From Clostridia bacterium (GTDB taxonomy: Bacteria; Bacillota; Clostridia; UBA1212; UBA1255), in NCBI GenBank assembly GCA_017508875.1, contig JAFWQX010000066.1, forward strand, positions 1,584 through 65,583: DNA of 64,000 nucleotides, given 5' to 3'. This document shows positions 1-7,291 of the stretch, piece by piece. The notes beneath the pieces are model-generated. The model saw only the letters and a program-made list of their open reading frames with translations, was not told the DNA's origin and searched no databases. Position numbers and translations under genes: made by a program. Within the stretch, counting starts at the first letter, position 1; each line of letters opens with the position of its first letter.

Positions 1-1
1 T

Positions 2-211
2 TACACGCTTGGTGAGATTCCTGTACCGGGCTACGTGACCAAGATCAGCGACGACGAGTACATCATCGTCAATGACTACATCAAACCTGAGCCGCCTCAG
101 ACCGGCGACTACGACGTGCTTGCATTCGCAGGAATCGTAATGATCGCGCTTACCGGGCTGTTCGTGCTCAGAAAGAAAAAGAAGGTCAATGAAGAGGCAA
201 TGGCTGAATAA
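2..211 (+). CDS. 3' end of a cell-surface protein with sortase-type sorting signal (PPQTG motif, hydrophobic helix, RKKKK tail); partial
   Basis: In-frame translation ...EPPQTGDYDVLAFAGIVMIALTGLFVLRKKKKVNEEAMAE* ending at TAA 209-211; LPXTG-like motif + TM + basic tail architecture. Confidence 0.5.
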   Translation, partial: YTLGEIPVPGYVTKISDDEYIIVNDYIKPEPPQTGDYDVLAFAGIVMIALTGLFVLRKKKKVNEEAMAE

Positions 212-263
212 GCCTGCCGTGCCCTTCTGATGCCAAAGAGCAATTAAAGCTTGAAGGCATAAT

Positions 264-300
264 AAAAGCGGGAAGCCGTTCGCAGCTTCCCGCTTTTATA
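264..300. terminator. Rho-independent terminator hairpin (aaaagcgggaagc...gcttcccgctttt) flanked by A/T runs on both sides; bidirectional
   Basis: Perfect 13-bp stem with 8-nt loop followed by TTTTATATTATTT. Confidence 0.5.
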
Positions 301-321
301 TTATTTGATTTGCCGGACATA

Positions 322-368
322 ATAAAAGAGCTTGGAAACGCCTGAACAGCTGAATCCGAGCTCTTTTA
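322..368. terminator. Second hairpin terminator (aaaagagcttgg...ccgagctctttt), likely serving the minus-strand gene ending at 521
   Basis: Imperfect 10-bp stem, A-run 5' and T-run 3'. Confidence 0.4.
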
Positions 369-520
369 TTCTGCCCGCTGCGGTTCCGGCCAATAACTGG
401 TAATTCCGTATATAACGGGCCGGTCAGGCCTTCATTTCTGCTACTTTGTCGTTCCGGGCTTCGGATCGATTTCGCAGAATTGCGGCCTTTTAACTTACGT
501 AAAATTTTATAGCGGCGGTA

Positions 521-1264
521 TCAGCCTGCTTGTGAATATTCAGTCAAAACAGTGATAAATTCATGATTTGTCGGTCTTTTTGTAAATTTCGGAAAACATG
601 ATTTCCAGCCTCCGCTGTTCCAGGCAACAAAAGATATGAGCCGTATTGCACGTTCTACCGACGCCCCGGTCCTGCCGTATTTATCGGCAATGGCAGGGTA
701 GAGATTTTTCATCAGCAGCTGGTCTCCGTTTGAGTACCTGATAGCCATTACTGCGTCAAGAACGTATTTATATCCTGTATAGGAAGGGTAAACTTCGAGT
801 TTCAGGAGAATGTTTTTTACGTCATCGATAAATCGGCTTTTTTCGTCGTCGATCTTCATGCGTCTCGGGAGCGATTCGTATGTTCGCATCAGTTTATCCG
901 CGATCTGGTACGGCTCCAGATGACTGATAAACTGGTACATCACGTTTGCTTCCGAAAGCCTTCTTGCCGCGTATTCAGATATGACGTTCGATAAGATAAG
1001 GACGTCAGACAGGCCGCCGAGAGGGTGTTTGGTACGGTAGGTGACAATAGCATCTATCTGTCTGCGGTATTCTGTTTCGCTTTCTGACGGGCTCAATATG
1101 AGCAGGTCCGGGAACGAACAAGCTGCTATAGACATGCATTCGTCAATATCGGTCAATGTGGCTATGATACTGAATACTTCCGTGCGTTCTATTTCGCGTT
1201 TCAAAAGTATTCTGTAGAATTTTGAATCAATATTCTGATTAATCAAGACGATTACTTTGTACAT
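521..1264 (-). CDS. Spo0A-like transcription factor: Spo0A C-terminal DNA-binding domain with degenerate (pseudo) receiver domain
   Basis: C-terminal region ...GYKYVLDAVMAIRYS...LYPAIADKYGRTGASVERAIRLISFVAWNSGG...KRPTNHEFITVL matches Spo0A_C signature helices (Spo0A: [28 protein letters not shown]...KPTNSEFIA); N-terminal receiver lacks DD pocket and phospho-Asp; RBS AAAGGAGAAAAC upstream of ATG. Confidence 0.6.
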   Translation of the reverse strand: MYKVIVLINQNIDSKFYRILLKREIERTEVFSIIATLTDIDECMSIAACSFPDLLILSPSESETEYRRQIDAIVTYRTKHPLGGLSDVLILSNVISEYAARRLSEANVMYQFISHLEPYQIADKLMRTYESLPRRMKIDDEKSRFIDDVKNILLKLEVYPSYTGYKYVLDAVMAIRYSNGDQLLMKNLYPAIADKYGRTGASVERAIRLISFVAWNSGGWKSCFPKFTKRPTNHEFITVLTEYSQAG

Positions 1265-1397
1265 AATGTTTTCTCCTTTCTTTAGTAGTCAAAAGCAGCT
1301 GCTCTGCGAAATACGTTCCGATACTCTAATTCTACAACAATTCGCAAAAAAAGCAACATATTTCCGACTTTTCCGGATATTTCCGGATTTTTCCGAA

Positions 1398-1491
1398 AAC
1401 GGAACGGGGGACAGAGACCCGTTTCACTCAGCCGGGCTCAGGTAAACCGGCAGTAGAATCGTGCGAAACGGGTCTCTGTCCCCCGTTCCGC
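1398..1491. repeat. Long perfect inverted repeat (28-bp arms, ~36-bp loop) between divergent genes
   Basis: aaacggaacgggggacagagacccgtttcac ... gtgcgaaacgggtctctgtcccccgttccg; arms are exact reverse complements. Confidence 0.6.
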
Positions 1492-1515
1492 CTCGTTCCG
1501 CCTCGTTCCGCCTCG
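1481..1515. repeat. 3 tandem copies of decamer TTCCGCCTCG (CTCGTTCC-type microsatellite) just upstream of promoter
   Basis: ccccgttccgcctcgttccgcctcgttccgcctcg read directly. Confidence 0.6.
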
Positions 1516-1545
1516 AAAACTCGTGCAAAAATTTATATAAAATTC

Positions 1546-1574
1546 TTGACAAGTTTCGTGCCCTGTATTATAAT
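1546..1574 (+). promoter_or_regulatory. Sigma-A type promoter: TTGACA -17- TATAAT
   Basis: TTGACA at 1546-1551, 17-bp spacer, TATAAT at 1569-1574, upstream of RHH gene. Confidence 0.5.
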
Positions 1575-1648
1575 AATAAGCACAAAGGAAGCTTCCGCAC
1601 GAAGCTCCTTCAGACCAACAGACCACCAAAAAGGAGATGCCTGATAAA

Positions 1649-2302
1649 ATGAAAAAAAGCCTTTACAGCCTGATGCTGATGGACGAAGTCGTAAACGAAG
1701 TTGACCGCCTCGCATTCAGACGCGGGACGAACCGGTCGAGCCTCATAAACCAGATACTCGCCGAATACTTGTCCATGGCAACGCCCGAAAAACGTATCGG
1801 GAACATCTTCCGGCACATAGAAAGCGCAATGAACCGCGACAGCGTCATTGTCCCGTTCATTGACGAAAACGCAGGTACGATGCTCCTGAAGAGCAGTCTT
1901 GAATACAAATACCGCCCCACGATCAAATACGAAGTGGAACTATATAAAATTCCGCGCGGCGCCATCGGCGAGCTTACGGTGATTTTCCGGACCCAGTCGG
2001 ACAGCCTTATCAACGGCGTAAACAGCTTCCTGCGGCTCTGGATGAACCTTGAAGAGCACTACCTTGGCAAATATTTTCCGGAGCAGCCCACGGATTACAA
2101 GGCAGGCGACGGTAAATTCATCCGGGCCATCCATCTGCGCACCGACCGCGACTACAGCGACGAATCCGTAGGAGAAGCGATATCGGCCTACATACGGAAT
2201 TTCGACGAGCTCATCAAAGGCTATCTTGCGGGCACGTACAAAGCCGCAGAAGTCGAGCGCAGATACGTTGACGCCCTGAACAGGGGGATCGGAATACTAT
2301 AA
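1649..2302 (+). CDS. Ribbon-helix-helix (CopG/Arc-like) domain protein with C-terminal domain of unknown function
   Basis: N-terminus MKKSLYSLMLMDEVVNEVDRLAFRRGTNRSSLINQIL fits RHH beta-strand + two helices; start ambiguous (ATG 1637 directly abuts GGAG, ATG 1649 chosen). Confidence 0.5.
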   Translation: MKKSLYSLMLMDEVVNEVDRLAFRRGTNRSSLINQILAEYLSMATPEKRIGNIFRHIESAMNRDSVIVPFIDENAGTMLLKSSLEYKYRPTIKYEVELYKIPRGAIGELTVIFRTQSDSLINGVNSFLRLWMNLEEHYLGKYFPEQPTDYKAGDGKFIRAIHLRTDRDYSDESVGEAISAYIRNFDELIKGYLAGTYKAAEVERRYVDALNRGIGIL

Positions 2303-2317
2303 TGAAAGTTTAATTAG

Positions 2318-2361
2318 CGTTTAATAAACGTTTAATGAACGTACAATGAACGTGCAATGAA
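2318..2361 (+). promoter_or_regulatory. Four tandem 11-bp direct repeats CGTNNAATRAA immediately upstream of clpB RBS (candidate operator)
   Basis: cgtttaataaa cgtttaatgaa cgtacaatgaa cgtgcaatgaa, then GGAGGG RBS. Confidence 0.35.
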
Positions 2362-2375
2362 CGGAGGGATAATTA

Positions 2376-4979
2376 ATGAATGCAGATAAATTTACAAAAA
2401 AATCGATGGAGGCGCTGACGACGGCGCAGAACATCGCGACAGAAAACGATAACCAGCAGATAACCCAGGAACACCTGCTTTACGCGCTGATCGACCAGGA
2501 CGGCGGGCTCATAGGCAGCCTGCTGAAATCGATCGGCGTTGACAACGACCGCATGCTTAGCGAGCTCGACGGCCTGATCAGGGCTTTGCCGAAAGTGACG
2601 GGAAGCGGCAGGGAACCGGATAAAATATATATTGCCCCCGATACGGATAAGGCGCTCTCGCTCGCCCAGACGATCGCGGAAAAAGCGAAGGACGAGTACG
2701 TTTCAGTCGAACATATTATGCTCGGCATCATCGAGCGGCCCTCGGAAAACATATCAAAACTGCTGAAAAAATACGGAATCGACCGCTCCGGATTCGTAAA
2801 AGCGCTCGAAAACGTTAAAAACGGCCGGATCACGAGCGACGACCCCGAGAGCACGTACGATGCGCTGAAAAAGTACGGCACCGACCTGGTCGAACGCGCA
2901 AGAGCACAGAAACTTGACCCCGTGATCGGCAGGGACAATGAGATCCGTAACGTCATCCGCATCCTGTCGCGTAAGACGAAAAACAACCCTGTACTGATCG
3001 GCGAACCGGGCGTGGGCAAGACGGCTATTGCCGAAGGCCTGGCGCAGAGGATCGTTGCCGGCGACGTGCCGGAGGGGCTTAAAAACAAAACGATCATCTC
3101 GCTCGACATGGGCGCGTTGATCGCCGGCGCGAAGTACCGCGGTGAATTTGAGGAAAGGCTCAAAGCGGTGCTGGAGGAAGTGCGGAAATCGGAAGGCCGC
3201 GTGATACTGTTTATTGATGAACTCCACACGATCGTCGGTGCGGGAAAGACGGACGGTGCGATGGACGCCGGAAACCTCTTAAAGCCCATGCTTGCGAGGG
3301 GCGAGCTTCACTGCATAGGCGCGACGACGCTCGACGAGTACAGGAAGTACATCGAGAAGGACGCGGCGCTCGAGCGAAGGTTCCAGCAGGTGCTGGTAGA
3401 CGAACCCACCGTCGAAGACACGATATCGATCTTAAGAGGGCTGAAGGAAAAATACGAGATATTCCACGGCGTAAAAATACACGACGGAGCACTTGTCGCC
3501 GCCGCAACACTTTCACACAGGTACATAACAGACCGGTTCCTGCCGGATAAAGCAATTGACCTCGTCGACGAAGCCTGCGCGATGATCCGCACGGAGATCG
3601 ACTCGATGCCTCAGGAACTTGACGACCTGCGCAGAAAGATCATGCAGCTCGAGATCGAAGAGACCGCGCTTAAGAAAGAAACGGATAAGCTTTCACAGGA
3701 GCGGCTCGAGGCACTGCGTTCTGAACTGGCCGAATCCAAGGACAAATTCAACGCCATGAAAGCGGACTGGGAGGCCGAAAAGCAGGACATTGACAGCGTA
3801 AAGAGCATAAAAGAGGAGATCGACGCGGTCAACGGCGAGATCGAAGCGGCGTCAAGGAATTATGAGTACGAAGTGGCCGCCAAACTCCGCTACGGAAAAC
3901 TGCCCGAACTCACAGCCAAACTTGCCGAAGCCGAAAAGCGCAGCGAGCAGTCTGCGGGCGACGTGAAGCTTGTCCGCAACACCGTGACCGCAGATGAGAT
4001 CGCCGGCATCGTTGCGCGCTGGACGGGTATACCGGTGGCGAAGCTGATGGAAGGCGAGCGCGAAAAAGTGCTCCATCTGGACGAAATACTGCATAAGCGT
4101 GTGATCGGTCAGGACGAGGCGGTGCAGAAGGTCAGCGAGGCCATACTGCGGTCAAGGGCCGGTATTTCGGATCCCAACAGACCCATCGGTTCGTTCATGT
4201 TCTTAGGACCTACGGGCGTAGGTAAAACGGAGCTCGCAAAAGCGCTCGCGGAGGCACTGTTCGACGATGAGCACAATATCGTCAGGATCGATATGAGCGA
4301 ATATATGGAGAAGTTCAGCGTGTCAAGGCTCGTGGGTGCGCCTCCCGGATACGTCGGATACGACGAGGGCGGCCAGCTTACGGAGGCCGTAAGGCGCAAA
4401 CCGTACTCGGTGGTACTGTTCGACGAGATCGAAAAGGCACATCCGGACGTCTTTAACATACTGCTGCAGGTGCTTGACGACGGACGTATAACCGATTCCC
4501 AGGGCAGGACGGTAGATTTCAAAAACACGATCATAATTATGACGAGCAACCTCGGCTCCGATTTCCTGCTGGAAGGCATCGGTCCGGACGGCGAGATTTC
4601 CGAGGAGGCCAGAAACAGCGTAAGCGCACTGCTCTCGAGAACGTTCAGACCGGAGTTCCTGAACAGGCTCGACGAGATCGTGTATTACAAACCGCTTACC
4701 AAGGACGATATAGGCAGGATCATTCAGCTGCTGATCGCGTCGCTGAGAAACAGGCTAAAGGAGAAGTCGCTCGATCTCGAGATCACACCGGCGGCTGTTG
4801 AAAAGATAATTGAAGAGGGGTATGATCCGCTTTACGGAGCAAGGCCGCTCAAACGGTATCTGCAGGCAAAAGTCGAGACGGTCATCGCGAGGGCAATGCT
4901 GTCAGGCGATTTCGGCATGGGGGACACGATCGTTGTTGACACCGGCGAAAACGGCGGGTTCACAACGAAGCGAAAATAA
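2376..4979 (+). CDS. clpB: ATP-dependent chaperone ClpB (two AAA+ modules with coiled-coil middle domain)
   Basis: 867 aa; Walker A GEPGVGKT and GPTGVGKT; Clp N-domain; long coiled-coil between NBD1 and NBD2; strong RBS GGAGGG. Confidence 0.95.
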   Translation: MNADKFTKKSMEALTTAQNIATENDNQQITQEHLLYALIDQDGGLIGSLLKSIGVDNDRMLSELDGLIRALPKVTGSGREPDKIYIAPDTDKALSLAQTIAEKAKDEYVSVEHIMLGIIERPSENISKLLKKYGIDRSGFVKALENVKNGRITSDDPESTYDALKKYGTDLVERARAQKLDPVIGRDNEIRNVIRILSRKTKNNPVLIGEPGVGKTAIAEGLAQRIVAGDVPEGLKNKTIISLDMGALIAGAKYRGEFEERLKAVLEEVRKSEGRVILFIDELHTIVGAGKTDGAMDAGNLLKPMLARGELHCIGATTLDEYRKYIEKDAALERRFQQVLVDEPTVEDTISILRGLKEKYEIFHGVKIHDGALVAAATLSHRYITDRFLPDKAIDLVDEACAMIRTEIDSMPQELDDLRRKIMQLEIEETALKKETDKLSQERLEALRSELAESKDKFNAMKADWEAEKQDIDSVKSIKEEIDAVNGEIEAASRNYEYEVAAKLRYGKLPELTAKLAEAEKRSEQSAGDVKLVRNTVTADEIAGIVARWTGIPVAKLMEGEREKVLHLDEILHKRVIGQDEAVQKVSEAILRSRAGISDPNRPIGSFMFLGPTGVGKTELAKALAEALFDDEHNIVRIDMSEYMEKFSVSRLVGAPPGYVGYDEGGQLTEAVRRKPYSVVLFDEIEKAHPDVFNILLQVLDDGRITDSQGRTVDFKNTIIIMTSNLGSDFLLEGIGPDGEISEEARNSVSALLSRTFRPEFLNRLDEIVYYKPLTKDDIGRIIQLLIASLRNRLKEKSLDLEITPAAVEKIIEEGYDPLYGARPLKRYLQAKVETVIARAMLSGDFGMGDTIVVDTGENGGFTTKRK

Positions 4980-5075
4980 TATATAATTTGAACAGATCTA
5001 TAGGGATCGATCCGGGGGAATAGATCCAAACGGATAAAAACAATGGGATAAATCTGAGGGGAGTTGAGCAGGAAC

Positions 5076-6272
5076 ATGGCTAAAAACACTACTCGATCCG
5101 AACGGGCCGGAATTATTGTCCGGGCTATTACGTGCGCAGTGCTTGCTGCGATAATGCTGCTGTCGCTTGCGACAGGGTGTAAGAACGGGACAGACGGCAA
5201 CGGAACTGTCATTGACCGCCCCACGGAAGTATTGACGACGTCACCGCAGCCGCCGGAAACGACGCCGGACGCGACTCCGACACCTGCTCCGACCGAACTC
5301 CCCGAAGAATTATTTGTTGACAACGTTTATCCGCTTTCGGAGAACATTAACAGCTTTAAGGTGTACGGCAGGCACGAAGTGAAAGAAAAAGGCGTTACTT
5401 GCGACTGGTCAGGCAGCGGCTTTGCGTTCCGGGCCGCGTTCGAAGGAGACGTGTACCTCGAAACGACCGTTCCCGGAGAATGCTACCTGACCGTGTTCCT
5501 CGACGGCGAGCGCCAGACGGACGTAATAAAAGCGAGTAAAAACACGCTGCTTCTGAAGGACGTACCCAGAGGCAGCCACCTCGTCGAAGTGTTCCGCCAG
5601 TCGGAGATCAGGCAATGCCTCTTAATGCTTAAAACCGTGAAAATGCACGGAACGCTCCTCGAACGCCCCGCTGATAATCAACTGTTTTTTGAGTTTGTAG
5701 GCGACAGTATAACTTCCGGGTACGGGACAAATGCTAAAGCTGACGCGGGCACTAACACCGACGCGACGATGGGGTATCCTTTCCTTCTGTCGAGGTCAAT
5801 GAACGCGGACCACAGCATCGTTTCCGTTACCGGTATCGGTATGGTCAAGGGTTACGTCAACGAAACCATGCCTGACGTTTATAAGCTGCTTGACCGCTAC
5901 AGGTCCGCGAAGACGGTGTTCGAGCCGGTTCGGGTGCCAAATGCCGTGATCGTTAATCTGGGCACGAACGATGCCACTATGAGTTCGGACCCTGCTAAAT
6001 ATATCGATGCAGTGAAGGCGCTGATCGGTGAGATCAGATCGTTCTACGGCAATGACGTGCCCGTGGTCTGGGTGTATAATTCCATGCGCTCGGATCACAG
6101 CAGCCATACGCTTAAGGCGCTTTCGGAGCTGGGCGGCGAGGCGGCAAAGCTCTATTCGTTCAAGATGGAGATGGATTCGTCTTCGTTCGGTCATCCTTCG
6201 GCCAACGCGCATAAGATGGACGCCGAGGCGCTGAAGGCATTTATTGAGACGCTGCCGGGTATCGTTCCTTGA
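5076..6272 (+). CDS. Lipoprotein SGNH/GDSL-family hydrolase with Pro/Thr-rich linker
   Basis: Signal peptide + lipobox LATGC; linker TPDATPTPAPTELPEE; GDSL block FVGDSITSGYG; C-terminal SGNH-like region. Confidence 0.7.
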   Translation: MAKNTTRSERAGIIVRAITCAVLAAIMLLSLATGCKNGTDGNGTVIDRPTEVLTTSPQPPETTPDATPTPAPTELPEELFVDNVYPLSENINSFKVYGRHEVKEKGVTCDWSGSGFAFRAAFEGDVYLETTVPGECYLTVFLDGERQTDVIKASKNTLLLKDVPRGSHLVEVFRQSEIRQCLLMLKTVKMHGTLLERPADNQLFFEFVGDSITSGYGTNAKADAGTNTDATMGYPFLLSRSMNADHSIVSVTGIGMVKGYVNETMPDVYKLLDRYRSAKTVFEPVRVPNAVIVNLGTNDATMSSDPAKYIDAVKALIGEIRSFYGNDVPVVWVYNSMRSDHSSHTLKALSELGGEAAKLYSFKMEMDSSSFGHPSANAHKMDAEALKAFIETLPGIVP

Positions 6273-6297
6273 CACCCGACCAAGATTATTATATAAT
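6269..6297 (+). promoter_or_regulatory. Promoter for tRNA-Gln: TTGACA -17- TATAAT
   Basis: TTGACA 6269-6274, TATAAT 6292-6297, tRNA begins 6310. Confidence 0.55.
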
Positions 6298-6309
6298 CCG
6301 CCTAGCCGT

Positions 6310-6381
6310 TGGGGTGTAGCCAAGCGGTAAGGCACCAGACTTTGACTCTGGCATTCGCAAGTCCGAATCTTGCCATCCCAG
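6310..6381 (+). tRNA. tRNA-Gln (anticodon TTG)
   Basis: Manual fold: acceptor TGGGGTG/CATCCCA (U1-A72 as in bacterial tRNA-Gln), D arm GCCAAGCGGTAAGGC, anticodon stem CCAGA/TCTGG with loop CTTTGAC, T arm GCAAG-TCCGAAT-CTTGC, discriminator G; CCA not encoded. Confidence 0.8.
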
Positions 6382-6478
6382 TCAAATAGCCATCGTTACA
6401 AAAGCGGTGGCTATAATTTTTAAAAAGCAGTCTGATCGGAAGATCGGTCTGTATCGTCGCAAAAGCTGCGGGGCGTGG

Positions 6479-7291
6479 ATGATGAGCGAGATTTATTTCG
6501 ATTTCAAAAAAGAACCGGATTTTACAGGAATACTGATCTGCACCGATTTTGACGGAACACTGTACAGCCACGGGATCGCCCCCGCGAACGTCCCTGCGAT
6601 CGACTATTTCATGAAGCGCGGCGGTAAATTTACGCTGTGCTCGGGGCGCGACGGAAGACTGCTGAACGGCGGAAATCTGCCTTTTACGCCTAATGCCCCC
6701 GCGGCGTGTATGAACGGCGGCATTATCTACGATTTTCAGAAAGACGCGATCTTAACGCGCAATCCCATGGCGGATAACTATTACGAGCTCCTGCAGGATC
6801 TGATAGACGGAATGGAACTCAGATGCGCGGATATTGTCTCCGAAAACCTGCGTATCGGATTTAACACGGCCGATCCAGACGATTTCGCACGTGCGCGGGC
6901 TCAGATAAGTTCACCTGTGTACAAGCTTGTCGTCTATAAGGCTGAACCCTCTGACGACTGGGTCCCGGAAGCCGCAAAAAGAATATGTTCAGGCCGCGCT
7001 AACGTACTTTCCAATTCACGCAACTGCTTCGAGCTCAACGCTCCGGGGATCGATAAGGCGTACGGCGCACGCACCGTAAAAGAATATACAGGGTCAAAAA
7101 TACTCATAACCGTCGGAGATTGCGACGGTGACATGTCAATGTTCCGGATCGCCGACGACAGTTTTGCGGTGGGCAACGCGATCCCGGAGCTTAAAGCTAT
7201 TTCCGGCCATGTCGCCGAAGCGACTGTTTCGGAAGGCGCATTCCCGGAGATCATCCACGCCATTGCCTGCCTTTACGGAGGAGCAGAATGA
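6479..7291 (+). CDS. HAD-superfamily hydrolase (Cof-like, HAD-IIB)
   Basis: Motif I DFDGTLY near N-terminus, later GDCDGDMSMF motif (HAD motif IV-like); start uncertain (GTG 6407 or ATG 6479/6482). Confidence 0.65.
   Translation: MMSEIYFDFKKEPDFTGILICTDFDGTLYSHGIAPANVPAIDYFMKRGGKFTLCSGRDGRLLNGGNLPFTPNAPAACMNGGIIYDFQKDAILTRNPMADNYYELLQDLIDGMELRCADIVSENLRIGFNTADPDDFARARAQISSPVYKLVVYKAEPSDDWVPEAAKRICSGRANVLSNSRNCFELNAPGIDKAYGARTVKEYTGSKILITVGDCDGDMSMFRIADDSFAVGNAIPELKAISGHVAEATVSEGAFPEIIHAIACLYGGAE

Noticed and set aside
2300-2375. CtsR box or CIRCE/HrcA operator upstream of clpB
   Set aside because: No GGTCAAA heptad direct repeat and no TTAGCACTC-N9-GAGTGCTAA palindrome. Only the novel 11-bp repeats are present.
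2480-4579. Antisense ORFs inside clpB (269, 157, 114, 94, 73, 80 and 156 aa on the minus strand)
   Set aside because: They overlap a strongly supported clpB reading frame, have low-complexity Ser/Ala/Pro-rich translations typical of antisense frames in GC-rich coding DNA, and lack RBSs.
6302-6571. 89-aa minus-strand ORF
   Set aside because: It overlaps the tRNA-Gln gene and the HAD gene start; it is a spurious frame.
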